Shown in pieces: positions 49,806-62,378 of a stretch of DNA of 64,000 nt; within the stretch, counting starts at the first letter, position 1, and each line of letters opens with the position of its first letter. Source of the stretch: Tubulanus polymorphus (lineage: Eukaryota; Animalia; Nemertea); the NCBI RefSeq assembly GCF_964204645.1, contig NC_134033.1, forward strand, positions 4,488,231 through 4,552,230, given 5' to 3'. The notes below the pieces were generated by a model. The model was not told where the DNA came from. It was given only the letters and a program-made list of their open reading frames with translations, and ran no database searches. The translations under genes and the position numbers were made by a program.

Positions 49806-50285
49806 TTAGATCGCAAATAGTCGAGTTACTCCGATAACCGAAGTTCGAACTGTAGGAAGCATAGCGTAATGTCTTAATTGATTTCCATATGAACTGAATG
49901 CAGCTGCTGCATTGAAAGGGTGAATCTTTCCATTTTCGTCCAATGGTAAACTTTCCAAGTAGAGATTTAGAGCGTCGTCTAACAATTCAGACGCTCCTGA
50001 GTCTGGAATTTGCTTCATAGGCAGGACTGCGCTGAACCAACCTAGAAAATATACATTGTCACATATGCAAAAGCAGCGGTATTATTGAACGAGTACCGGT
50101 AAATCGAACATACCATTAGCACTACGACGGTCGGGAAAAGTGTAATCATCGAATCTCAATGTACACCATTTAACGGTAAACCCTAATGATTCAGCCATTC
50201 GTCAAAATCCAGTGACTGGATCTTGATATCTCCATTCACTAAACCCCTCCCAATCTGGATCGTATAACAATGTCGGCGTGAATCC
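49806..50285 (-). pseudogene. Two exons resembling the C-terminal half of a class I SAM methyltransferase (JHAMT/Tam-like), with in-frame TGA
   Basis: Exon 50285-50114 (..WRYQDPVTGF*RMAESLGFTVKWC....YTFP), a short GT-AG intron, then an exon from 50041 (GWFSAVLPMKQIP...LLDD). Family call is from motif resemblance only. Confidence 0.4.
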
Positions 50286-51892
50286 CTACAATTCATAAAA
50301 TAATTCAGATTAATATTTGACAATAGTGCCGACAAGAAGGTTGTTAATTCCTGATGTTTTTATCTAGAGTGCTAACGCTCAGCGGCCAATATATGCTTTG
50401 TAAGGCCCGCACAGATTGTCTTCTTCTGTTTTTACGTCCCTTTAAAAGAGATCACTAAAAAGCCTTATTCCAAAAGTGACGAGAGCGAGAATTGTTTTTT
50501 TTTTAATTTTCGAAATGGGGAATATAGGCGTCAACAACCAGGTATCGTATTGCAAGAAATATTTCATTTAACCCGTCAGAAATAGTTAAGAAATAGAAGA
50601 TTTTGTCCATCAAATTCAGTGATAATACGAGACAAATGTAGTTTTGATTTGCATTGCAAACTGGTCCATGATTTCATTGAACAACCATTTTGAAGATATC
50701 ATTTCAATAAGGACATATAGAATATCTTACATAATCACTGTGTATATTCAAAATGTATACAGGGTTAATCTGTAGCCGGTGGTGCGGTTGTCCGCTGTAG
50801 AACTGCAACTGCATTATGATAAACTCCGCTCATATTGTGTCATGTTATTGTCCTCGGTCTTTGAAATCATGTAATACGTATTCGATTTGAATTGAACCGT
50901 TTCGAGGATTAATTCTTGACATCGAATTCACTATACACACACGCACACGCACACGCACTGTTAATTCTTGATGGGAAAAATTGTTGTATTTGTATTGTGT
51001 ATTTGTATTGTTTATTAGTAACCGGAAGAGGCTGCCTTTTGTACTCGTGGCAGGTCTTCGGTTTTTTCGTGGGTAGAGACAAATATCGTGGCGGAATGCG
51101 AGCCGTACAATCGTGGATCGATCTGTGAAAGTTTGGATCAGCATGATGTCGTTTTTGCTGCGTGATCGTTCGTAATCTCTGTTCGTCGCTAACCGATGGC
51201 GTTCCATCGTATTGGTGTTGATTTGCGTTGATCGTTTCGTTAATATCGTGAGTTCCGTTAAATCGCTTTTCGCTAAATAATATCGTTCCGGAAGCCTCGC
51301 GCGCGTGTGTAGAATCGTTTGATTTCGTGAGCTTTAAATTTGTTGTAAGTGTAACTTGTAATGTGCACATTTTGTTTGTATTCTTAAAATACAAGGCTTT
51401 GTAAGTTTTCTGTTTCTATTAAAGGTCCATATATCTCATTTAACATCAATACAGTCCTCTTATATCATATATTGTTTCTATCTGGTACCGGTGCAAATTT
51501 GGTTTCATGTGCTGCCGACACACGCACACACACAGATCAGCAATTCCTTACTCTGCCGCCGATTGTGGCTGAATAAACCGAAGTAATAGGGATAATAGGC
51601 TTTCAGATCAAAGGTCGAACGGTCGAGCTCGTAAAAAATGAAAAACATAAAAATAATAACAATTTCTACTTGAATTACTCGCGAAACTCATAAAAATGAA
51701 AAATAATTCTCACACGCTCGAATTTATTTTCCATTTTCTACTCACTAGAAGAAAGTGTGAGTAAAGTGTGAGTGAAATAGTTTATATTTTAAACATATTT
51801 CGAGTAAAAATATTTGTATGAGTTAGATTTTTAAACATTAAAAGTGTGAGTAAAGTGTGAGTGAAATAATTCATAAATCATTGAATATTTAT

Positions 51893-53927
51893 ATGCGTTG
51901 GATTCATTTTAATAAAAATTTTGTTATAAAAATGAAGAAAGAAGAAGAACACAACTTTAAAGGGTAACTGACACTTTTTTTTTTATTTCAAAATATGATG
52001 TATTCTATTGATCTATACACTCATCTTCAACCGTTCTGTTCCAAAATGTTTAGTTAACGCGCAATTTGTGATTTTGTAACAAGATTTTTGACCTCATTTC
52101 GTTGTTTACATCGCTTACTGTTCAGCGTCGGCTAAATCAGCAGGTGCGCGCTGCAACGTCATTACAGGCAGAGCTGAGAAATAGCGTCTATAGAAATGTG
52201 TTGAATTTTGAGGAAACTGCGTGTATTTTCTGTTATATCTCAATGCCAGATTGTTTTACAGCTTTGAAACTGGCCAGGGAGTTAAAAGGATCTATTGTCT
52301 ATTGCATAAACCTATTTCAAAGAATCAATGAGTAATTTGAATAGGCTAAATCGATCAAATTGAAGATGCAGATTTCAATCCGCTGCTATGAAGCTATTTT
52401 AAAGTACACTATGCTAAGCTCTCAGCACTGTTACTGCTGCTCCATAGTTCACCTATAGTTCAGCACCACAAGCATACTACAGTGTCTTATGTAATCACAG
52501 ATTTCGATCTCGCTAAAGAATAAATAGATTCATATTCGTTTACTATTTTTCAAAGTCATTTAAGACTAAGTAGGCCTAGTTTTAAAACTAACACTTCAAA
52601 ACTCTACAAAAACTTTCATAAATTTCTACAGCTTTACAACAAATATTCAAAGGAATAATGTTTTTCGATTAAAGTTTCACGCTGCAGAAGAGTTTTGATA
52701 GATTACATCACAAATCTTTCACAAATGTTATTTCTAAGTTTTAAAATAGGATGGATGAGGAAATATTCTTATTTTGTGACCAAAGCCGCTACCAATACGA
52801 GGTATATTTCAAGAAAAGAATTGAAATTATTCTTGCGGCTAATTCTGTCTAAGTTTCATCATCAGTTCATTAGTCAAAATATTCTTAGATCTAACCATGA
52901 TCTTACTTACTATCACTAAATGATATTACAAAACGATGATTTAAACATCCGTGTTCCTTGCTGTCTACTAGAAAATGCCATGGATTGCTATTCAAATCCT
53001 ATTTTTGCGCTTAGTTGGAACGGATATGGTCCATTCAACAGTTAAGTATAATCATTAATATGTAGACTTTCAAAATCAAGAGGCATTTTGTCTCAATTCG
53101 AATGCCAAATAGGTATAAAATTAAGTTGAATTGCTCTTGTAGCTTATTTCCTATTCATTTCTATAGACATCATTTCCAAGCCGTTACTTTAGTGACGTAG
53201 TTCTATTAATAGACACAGTACCACGCGTTCAGCAGAAGCAATGAACATCAAAATCATCAATTCTGACTAGATTGAAAAGATTTGTCCAATTATGAAATCA
53301 CCTAGCCTTATTGTATACTATAATATATCGTTTAGTGTAAAAAGTAGAAAATCTTTTAAAAAGTGTCAGTTACCCTTTAAAATCGAAATCAATGAAACCA
53401 ATAAATCATTTTCACAGTTTTACATTAAAAATTATATTTCAGCAACAAATTTAGTGTCTGCAAGGTATTATAAAATCGATAATATTACTATGATTAATCA
53501 AATATTATCAAATGAAACATATTTACTTACTGAACTAGTAGATACTTTTGATAATGGCGTTAAAAATCCTAAAATATTCAATACAGTTTTAAATTTTAAA
53601 GGAACTTTAGATGAAAACATAATTAATATTCTTAAAACTCCTTTCAATGAAAGAAATGATGATATAATACTTTCTAAAGATTATAATGATTTGATTAACT
53701 TAAGAATTGAAAAAAGACAATTATATTATTTCAATTTTGATAATAAACAAATTATCTATAATGAAAATTCATTTAAAGATATTGCAGTTCAATGTAAATT
53801 AGATGATGAATTTAGAAAATTCAATCCTAATGAAAAAGTGCATTGTTATTGCGGAGGTAAATATTTAAAATCACATAAATCAAAACATTATGAAACAATT
53901 AAACATAAAAACTGGTGTAAAGAGTAA
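51893..53927 (+). pseudogene. Polinton TIR-overlapping ORF (~204 aa after removing the nested element) with C-terminal CxCG...H....H zinc-finger-like motif
   Basis: 51893-51960 + 53381-53927 joins in frame. Ends VHCYCGGKYLKSHKSKHYETIKH. A truncated mirror copy lies in the right TIR (55509..56069, minus). Confidence 0.7.
51961..53376. mobile_element. Non-autonomous Kolobok-like DNA transposon nested in the left Polinton TIR
   Basis: TIR agggtaactgacactttt / aaaagtgtcagttaccct with TTAA TSD (51957-51960, 53377-53380). The purine-purine 5' end fits Kolobok rather than piggyBac. Removing it restores the match to the right TIR. Confidence 0.88.
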
Positions 53928-53989
53928 CAATTCTACATTATAATTATTGAATTGAGTTAAATGATTTAAATATCTAATAGACTGTTAAA

Positions 53990-54373
53990 ATGATAAATTG
54001 TTTGACAGTTGAAATGATAAATTGTTTGGCAGTTAAAATGATAAATTGTTTGACAGTTGAAATGATAAATTGTTTGACAGTTGAAATGATAAATTGTTTG
54101 ACAGTTGAAATGATAAATTGTTTGGCAGTTAAAATGATAAATTGTTTGACAGTTGAAATGATAAATATTTTGACAGTTGAAATGATAAATTGTTTGACAG
54201 TTAAAATGATAAATTGTTTAACAGTTGAAATGATAAATTGTTTGACAGTTGAAATGATAAATTGTTTGACAGTTGAAATGATAAATTGTTTGACAGTTAA
54301 AATGATAAATTGTTTAACAGTTGAAATGATAAATTGTTTGACAGTTGAAATGATAAATTGTTCGGCTGTAAAT
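53990..54373. repeat. 24-bp minisatellite, 16 units (atgataaattgtttgacagttgaa)
   Basis: Contiguous units without spacers; translates as (MINCLTVE)n. Confidence 0.97.
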
Positions 54374-54488
54374 TTAATTGTTATTTGATTTAATCATTTA
54401 AAAGTTTGATATTTTTAAAATGATTATAAAATATTTAATTAAAAACTAGCAAATATTTTATAAACTGTTTAATTTTTCTCTTAAATAA

Positions 54489-54707
54489 ATGGATGGTTTC
54501 ATTCCAACTGGGAAAAGTGATTTGAAACATTATTTAGTTGCTGGAGGTTTAATATTGGCGGCATTATACTTTTACTATGAAAATATTTCAAAAGATTTGA
54601 TGAATGAAAATAATAAATTGAGTAAAAAATTAAAGAAGTTAAATGGAAACAATCACAGAAATAAAAAGAATAAAAAAGTTAATTTAGAAAATGATTTAGA
54701 GGATTAA
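54489..54707 (+). CDS. Small Polinton-internal ORF, 72 aa, one hydrophobic segment then a basic/coiled tail
   Basis: ATG start; YLVAGGLILAALYFYY, then a K/N-rich tail. Confidence 0.5.
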   Translation: MDGFIPTGKSDLKHYLVAGGLILAALYFYYENISKDLMNENNKLSKKLKKLNGNNHRNKKNKKVNLENDLED

Positions 54708-54745
54708 AACAGCATCTTTTAATTTCATATATTTTGACTATAAAA

Positions 54746-55048
54746 ATGAGTGAAAATATATTAAACTTATTACATCTAATATATAAAAATCAACAAAATA
54801 TTAAATCAATTATTATGCTTACAAGTTTATTTTCTTTTTCAATTTATAGTATAAAACAGTTGTTAGAATTCTATGATTGCTGTAAAATTAGATACACTGA
54901 ATTAATAGAAAATATGAATTATATTTCAGATAGATTGAATAATATTAAATGCTGTGAAATATGCAATAAAAGATATAAAAATAAAAAGAGTTTGAGAAAT
55001 CACATGTATATTCATGAACTTGATGAAAAATTATATGAATCAAAATAA
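54746..55048 (+). CDS. Small Polinton-internal ORF with a C2H2 zinc finger
   Basis: CEICNKRYKNKKSLRNHMYIH. Confidence 0.6.
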   Translation: MSENILNLLHLIYKNQQNIKSIIMLTSLFSFSIYSIKQLLEFYDCCKIRYTELIENMNYISDRLNNIKCCEICNKRYKNKKSLRNHMYIHELDEKLYESK

Positions 55049-55480
55049 GAAATCGACTGTTAAATTAGCTGAAAATATAAAATATATTAGTTGAAATGTA
55101 TGAGGGTTGAGGTATCAATGTATTAGATACCCTATCAGATACCCTAATACCATGTATTAAATACGTATCAAATACGTATTGATGGTATTAAATACGTATT
55201 AATGGTATTGAATACATATTATGCTTTATTTCTGAAAATGAAGTAACAGAAGTAATTTATGTTTTAATTCATTCAAGTATGATATTGTAAATTCTTTACA
55301 CTTGTCTAGGATAATACAAGAGTGATATTAGTTAGTTGGCTTATTCAATAAGAGAAACAATGAAATAATACAAGAGTGATACTAACAGTTAAAGTTATTG
55401 AATTTCTTGTTAAATCTATTTGAATTCTAGTCAATTCTTGTTAACCAATAGCGCGAATAGAAATCAAAAAGATTTAAATG

Positions 55481-55545
55481 AAAAAACCATAAGTTACTTT
55501 ATCTAATACTAAGTTAGTATTAGATAAAGTAACTTATGGTTTTTT
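55481..55545. repeat. Perfect 65-bp palindrome at the inner edge of the right TIR
   Basis: 32-bp arms aaaaaaccataagttactttatctaatactaa / g / ttagtattagataaagtaacttatggtttttt. Confidence 0.95.
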
Positions 55546-57050
55546 AATTCACATTGAACTGCAATATCTTTAAATGAATTTTCATTATAGATAATTTGTT
55601 TATTATCAAAATTGAAATAATATAATTGTCTTTTTTCAATTCTTAAGTTAATCAAATCATTATAATCTTTAGAAAGTATTATATCATCATTTCTTTCATT
55701 GAAAGGAGTTTTAAGAATATTAATTATGTTTTCATCTAAAGTTCCTTTAAAATTTAAAACTGTATTGAATATTTTAGGATTTTTAACGCCATTATCAAAA
55801 GTATCTACTAGTTCAGTAAGTAAATATGTTTCATTTGATAATATTTGATTAATCATAGTAATATTATCGATTTTATAATACCTTGCAGACACTAAATTTG
55901 TTGCTGAAATATAATTTTTAATGTAAAACTGTGAAAATGATTTATTGGTTTCATTGATTTCGATTTTAAAGTTGGGTTCTTCTTCTTTCTTCATTTTTAT
56001 AACAAAATTTTTATCAAAATGAATCCAACGCATATAAATATTCAATGATTTATGAATTATTTCACTCACACTTTACTCACACTTTTAATGTTTAAAAATC
56101 TAACTCATACAAATATTTTTACTCGAAATATGTTTAAAATATAAACTATTTCACTCACACTTTACTCACACTTTCTTCTAGTGAGTAGAAAATGGAAAAT
56201 AAATTCGAGCGTGTGAGAATTTATTTTTCATTTTTATGAGTTTCGCGAGTAATTCAAGTAGAAATTGTTATTATTTTTATGTTTTTCATTTTTTACGAGC
56301 TCGACCGTTCGACCTTTGATCTGAAAGTCTATTATCCCTATTACTAACCGACACTTTTGACTCGAGACCTATCGACGAAATCCGTCGAATTCTCTTCACA
56401 TAAATTAGTGGTGAGTTTTCGTAGTTCAATACTGGTTATAACGGACTATAGTGATATTCATGGATCGAATTAAATTCAACAGGTGATCATGGCGATTTTT
56501 TTCGGATAAGCCTTATATCGTTGGGGCCTAATTGCTGTCAATAGCCGCGATACAACAAGTTCACAGTGGACTAAGATTAGCAATTTGATCTTCTGTTGCA
56601 ACTTGATTCTGGTTAAGCTTTTCTGAGCGTATCTTTACTGGACTAAAACCTGGAGATATGCCCGAGCTACGATAAGCCCTCTAAGACGCATAGTAAAGGT
56701 TGCAGATATAAGAGGGTATTGGTATCGTCAAATCTACTCTGTATAGAAGATACCCTTAGATGACACGTTCGCATTTTAAATATAATTAATGTACACTGGT
56801 GGCCATTTGGTAACGTAATTATCTGCAAATGTGTCTCCTTGTTTTCTTGAGAAACATTTTTGCAAAACATGTTCAATGCATTGTAAAATCTGCTTTGTTT
56901 TGAGATACTCTGAAAATGAGGCTTTTATCATATATAGATGTTCGCGTGTATATTCGCCATCATCACTGCGCGCATTTGATAGCTGGATGAATCAGAAGGA
57001 AACTAGTTGTTACCGAGTCACTGATTACAGGTTATGGTTTTAGCTTCGAC

Positions 57051-58130
57051 ATGAATTCTACAATCGCAACCACTACACTTGGGTTCTGCGCCAGCCAATT
57101 ACAACCAGAACAATGGCAGCACGTATTCAGCTATAGAATTTATATCTGCGGATATTTCCCGGCTACGGTTTTAGGAATGTTTCTGAATGCTGTTTCTATT
57201 ATTGTCTTCAGAAAGATCGGTCGTGTTGTTTATCGCACTATATCCATTCTTGCCTGGTTTGATTTTTTGTTCGTTTTTTCAGTGTTTCTTCTGTATCCGT
57301 TCCGAATATTCATTATCTATGTGAACGACGGGAATAAAGTTCTCGGACGTTTCCCTGACTGGCTTTTTGGGCACGAAATCATTATTTGGGTTCTACCGCT
57401 GTTTCATACGTTTCAAATGGCAAAAAATTGGGCCGTAGTTATTATAAATTTCGAAAGACTTTTGGTTGTCGCGAGTCCGCTGTATTTCAGACGATTCTGG
57501 AACAAAAAGCAGATAATTTTTCTATCGGTGTTAAACGCATTATCTTCTGCTGTTTGTTTTTGGCCGTATTATTTCCCGCGAAATTTACCCGGAAAAGCCA
57601 GGCGAATTTGTTACACACTCTTTTTCACGATGGGATCATTTAAAGCCAAAACAATTCGAACACCTTTTAAATATAGGGCTGATCACGCAACACATTTTGT
57701 TTCTAATTCCTATATTTTCATGACTGTTCTTGCACCTTTTATTACTTTAATTGTTATAAACCTAACTTTATTTGGAGTAATGGTATTTAGAAAATGCAAC
57801 CAAAGGAAACAATTTCACACGGACGTAGCGGCGCAAAGTGAAAAACCTCAAAATAGATCTACCGAACTCCGAATATTAAAATTGGTTCTTATAATTGTAT
57901 CTTTGTTTTTCATCTTTGAAGTTCCTGCTTCGCTAGACCGCCTTTTGAATTTCTTCAAAAGAAAGTACGGATTAGCTCACGATGTAACTAAAGATGAAAA
58001 AATGATTATGCGTAAAGTTGGAATTCTGCTCAGTGTTATAGATTCATCCGTGAATTTCTTCGTTTACTGCGCAACAAACGGTGCCTTTAGGAAGAAAGCT
58101 AAGCAGATTTTGCTAATAAATTACCTGTGA
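57051..58130 (+). CDS. Intronless class A peptide GPCR (FMRFamide-receptor-like), 359 aa
   Basis: LAWFD, NWAVVIINFERLLVVASP, FEVP, DSSVNFFVY; seven hydrophobic segments. Confidence 0.92.
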   Translation: MNSTIATTTLGFCASQLQPEQWQHVFSYRIYICGYFPATVLGMFLNAVSIIVFRKIGRVVYRTISILAWFDFLFVFSVFLLYPFRIFIIYVNDGNKVLGRFPDWLFGHEIIIWVLPLFHTFQMAKNWAVVIINFERLLVVASPLYFRRFWNKKQIIFLSVLNALSSAVCFWPYYFPRNLPGKARRICYTLFFTMGSFKAKTIRTPFKYRADHATHFVSNSYIFMTVLAPFITLIVINLTLFGVMVFRKCNQRKQFHTDVAAQSEKPQNRSTELRILKLVLIIVSLFFIFEVPASLDRLLNFFKRKYGLAHDVTKDEKMIMRKVGILLSVIDSSVNFFVYCATNGAFRKKAKQILLINYL

Positions 58131-58681
58131 TCTTAATATAGAACCACAAAAACAACAATATCTTTAGTTCCAAAATTATCAGACCAAAACATGACGTATG
58201 ATATTGAGCTGTAATTATATAACTGTAATTATATTCGATTTGCAAATCTCAACAATCTTGAATTGAATTCACTTGCTCCAGTCTAACGCAAATATTGCGC
58301 AGCTACTCACGCGACATTCTAATTTATAACTGCATGGAAATACCCCAAAGAAAAAACGACTTTAAAGATGTAGTGCACTTCCACTTTAGATGACGCACAA
58401 TAGTTGCCAATATATCGAGCATTTTGTAATCGTTTTTACGGCTATATAATGATTAAATAAAGTTTCATTAAGTTATTGCCAAATGTGATATATTACTACC
58501 ACGAACTAACAACTATTAGCCTAAAAGTACCATTTAAAATTCAGAACTGGTCAGCGAATTTAACATGTATATGTTGGACCCGTTCCTACGTTCAAGAGTA
58601 CGTACAAACTGTAAAATAGGCATCAGCGTGTTATTCAAGTACAAGATCACTTAATCACGTAAAGCTTTTAAGAAATAAATT

Positions 58682-59260
58682 ATTATTAGGGTTTCTGCTG
58701 CTTTCGCTGAAACCCTATTGCATTCCTGCTGATTATTATAATTACATATTTTCCACTTTTTTTCGTACATAAAATTCATCTTCTATCATATTCCACAACT
58801 AACAGCTTTTAAACGAAATGTTTAACCCTGATAATAAATTACAGTCCCTTTCTCCGCGTAAATTCTATGGATGTACTGTGCATCCTATTTTAAACTTAAA
58901 AGATAACTCTAAGATAGATAGCACCGGTGGAAATAGCAATCGCCAATCATGGCGTGGACTCGTGCAAATCTGGAAGTTCGTGACATCATTTCATGAATAG
59001 GCTAAATAGAGAAGGAAGGCTCCGATAATTTCTAAATCACCGCTTACTGTGAATAACTGGGGTTCGACCATTCACAAGTTCAAAATTTACTTCCTTGTTT
59101 GTGCATTTGTGCATCGGGAAAATTTAAATGAAGTCCGGATCCCCCCTAAATTTGAAGGTCCCTAAACAGAGATCGTAAGTGACATTTTCCAATTAAGGTG
59201 AACTGACAGAAATCATGGTATTTCCTCATGATGAATCGATTTCAATGGTATTGTGGCTGT
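58682..59260 (+). repeat. HINE/Helentron-like repeat; second direct copy at ~61665-62040
   Basis: 5' hairpin tattagggtttc...gaaaccctatt. The body (ctgctgatt...caccggtggaaatagcaatc...ggttcgaccattcacaagtt) recurs ~2.94 kb downstream. Confidence 0.7.
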
Positions 59261-60457
59261 GGTATTGCGTATCTTATGATTAATTTATTAATCATTCCTA
59301 AGTGTCTTTTGTTTTACCCCACGTTAAGTGGGTATTAATTGTGCATTGGATCCGGCGACTATATTTCACGCGAAAGTTTGATATTATAAGTTAAATTCAT
59401 AATTACCCCGTTTATCGAGCGAACCGCTTCTTTGGTAGTAACCAGACGAACTCTGAATTAAATGAACGAAATTTACGTAATCATGTAAATTAGCAGCAAA
59501 GAAAGGAAAAAGCAAGGCTGGTTGTAGCAGCGTCGAGGTCACGTATTTTGCGAATGCCTTGTTTCTCAATTTTTCAACTGGTTGTAGAGCATGACAAGAA
59601 TAATCACTTCTAATCCGCCGTAACTTACGTTTCGACAGTTCTTAATGCTAGATGGCACATTGGTTCTATGCTTTTCTATGCTTTCTAGCGTGATTTCTTA
59701 GTGTTAAGATAATTACATATACAGAGACGTGGTACTTGATTCTATTGTAGGACTATATAAACTGTTCAAATGCTTTTTTTCATTTTTTGGTGGCCCCGGC
59801 CTTATCCATCAAATGGAGAAATGAAATGCAGTACAGATATAGTATACTTATTGGATGGACAGCAAAAGGCAAAAAGGAGAGGAAACGCATAAGAACAGGA
59901 AATGGGCGAAATCGGACAACATTCGGATTTGGGTCACCAATGACCCAGCCCTGGGGACCATATCTTGGCTCAAAAATTAAAATTGCTAATGGACCAAGGA
60001 CGTTGTTATCTTTGATAGAACAGTTGTAGTAGAACAACGATCTTTATCTATTTTGGCCCAATATTCTAGAAAAAAGTTCATTTCTATGGAATTTGAGCAT
60101 TGGTTGACCTATATTTGGGGAGGGGCATGATTACACCCCAGAGGTAAACAAATTCCCAAAAACCACATTCTCAATCATTCTGAATAAGAATATATATAGT
60201 TTTCATAGGTTAAAAATGATAAGAAAAGATAAAATTGTTTAAAACACGCCAACCATTTTGAATGAAAATAAGATAACGACGTCTTGAGCGTCTTGAGCTA
60301 ATAAATAATTTGACAGGGAAAGAACGAAGTGAACTTACGATTCATGAATAAACTTCGAAAACTTTTATTTAAAGTTCTTCAAAGAAAAGTCGCGTTCACT
60401 TTTTAATCACAAAATTTGTTATTAGCCTGTTTTTTTTCACAAATCTGGCTGCATCCT

Positions 60458-60507
60458 CCATCGGCAGGGATTCGAACCTGATGGTATCGCTTCACTCAGC
60501 CACGGCA
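60458..60507 (-). repeat. tRNA-derived SINE-like head remnant
   Basis: Minus strand tggctgagtg (A-box) ... ggttcgaatccc (B-box). No complete cloverleaf. Similar B-boxes at ~5579 and ~60763. Confidence 0.4.
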
Positions 60508-61322
60508 CGAACCCCCCTCCCACACTAGACCGGGTGCGCAGGCGAAAACTTGCGGGACCAATCAGATTGCTCGTTGCATAATCGCTGAGGCAAATTCCAC
60601 GGAAGAACCATAAATGGGAAAACCCGGGCTAAAATGAAACGGAATTTCTGATTTGCTAATAATGACATCATATAAGCTGCGCGTGAAGCTTCGCGTGAAG
60701 CTGCGTAAAGCTGCGCACTCGTTCTAGCGTGGTTTCGTAGGGTGGCAATCTCGGTGCCTTCAGGTTCGAATCCCTTTCGGGGGAAGATGGTCTGGTTGCA
60801 GATAAGTAGATTTGGGAAAACGAATTTCCGACGATTTTCATCGAATATAACAAGGTCTCGCTGAGAACGTGTCGTAAATATTTCAATATCCTACTAGATT
60901 TCTCCGAACAATCATCGATTTTCGTCAGTGTCAAACATTCAGTAATAAAGCCTTAATAAAAATTACGTATAGTTTGTGTAAAGTTTAAAGCTCTGAGTCA
61001 TTATGAGATTTAGCGCTATAGAAAAATAAATGTTATTGTTTCTCTTATTATTATCAAAACTAAACCACATTCATGTCACTGGTCCGAACAGTCATGGTTC
61101 ATGGATTGGGGATTTTTTATGGAATCCATTGTTGATTTCTCATAATCAATGGATAACAAGATGATTCTATCAATTACTCTCCGTTAAGGGAATGGGTAAA
61201 ATCTATGTATAGACATACATGTGTAGCGTATGTAAATTCATGAACCGTCGATTTTCGGGAACAGTGTGTGAAAAACTTTCTCAGCTTCTCTCCGGCTCAA
61301 ACGGGTAGGTACGAGCACGATC

Positions 61323-61640
61323 ACGATTGATAAAACACTATATCCGTGTTGACGCGATGTAGAGAGAATCCCACAATGATAAGGAAAAAGTCCGAAAATG
61401 TAACTTCGAGATATAAGCTTATTCAGCGTCTCGACTATATCCTAATATTCATCTTCAGGAATAACGAGATACAGCTAAAATTATGAGATATGTATACAAT
61501 CCAGAGACAAAGAGACTAATTCAATTAATCACAGATGATACAAACTAAAGAGAATTAACGTAGAAACAGTTACACGCTTAAATATATTAAAGGGAAGCAA
61601 ACCAAAGGATAATTATAAGCAACAATAGTGAATATAAATA
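61323..61640 (-). mobile_element. Second, longer and more decayed copy of the hammerhead-bearing Penelope pLTR family
   Basis: 61323-61463 is the reverse complement of 45043-45183 with substitutions (GAAA core reads GAGA). The far boundary is approximate. Confidence 0.75.
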
Positions 61641-62378
61641 TAAATTGTAACTTAAAGTCAGTAGGATTCCTGCTGATTTTTATTTTGACATATTTTCCAC
61701 TGAGTTTCGTCACATAAAAATCATCTTCTATTAGATTTGAATACTAACAACTTTGAAACGAAATGTTAAACTCTGATAATAAGATAACAGTCTCTTTCTG
61801 CGCGTAGTTTCTATGGGTGTACTGTGCTTCCTATTTTAAACTTGAAGTTACTTAAAGATAACACCGGTGGAAATAGCAATCATCAATCATGGCGCGCATA
61901 CTGGCGCGAAACTGAAAGTTTGTGACGTCATTTCATAAATAAATAAAGAAGGAAAGCTCCGAGAATATCCAAATCACAGGTTACTGTGAATAACTGGGGT
62001 TCGACCATTCACAAGTTAAAAATGTACTTCCTTGTTTGTGAAGTAAGTTTATTCATACTGTTATTAAAAGCAGTTCCTTTTAAACATTCTATAATAGTAT
62101 AATTATGTTCGTGGATATCAATACTTCGAAAAATCAACAGCGGTTTATTTATTTATTGTACCGGTACGCATTTTCTTAATTGAATTGAATTGGTCCGGTC
62201 CACAGGAATTGGCTATTTCAGATGACTCAAAACCAGGTTCCTATTTTTCGTTTCGTCTGTATTGTTCGGATTTTATACCATCAACAAATGAACTTGAACT
62301 TTAATTTGTATTGATCCATATAATATACAAATGGAGGAACTCATTGGATTCAAGTCCCACCTACCTCAGTGTACTCTG

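Larger units (their letters stand above)
51582..56345. mobile_element. Non-autonomous Polinton/Maverick-like element with ~795-bp TIRs
   Basis: Ends 5'-AGTAATAGGGATAATAG...CTATTATCCCTATTACT-3' with a 6-bp TSD aaccga (51576-51581, 56346-56351). Left TIR 51582-51960 + 53381-~53795; right TIR ~55551-56345. Very AT-rich, small ORFs only, no pPolB, integrase or capsid. Confidence 0.85.

Noticed and set aside
50845-51394. Overlapping ORFs of 120-161 aa
   Set aside because: No motif recognised, non-ATG or low-complexity content; cannot be supported as genes.
53990-54373. CRISPR array
   Set aside because: The units are contiguous with no unique spacers, there are no cas genes, and the context is eukaryotic; it is a minisatellite.
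60458-60790. tRNA genes
   Set aside because: Only A/B-box-like pieces with no acceptor or anticodon stems; SINE-like at best.
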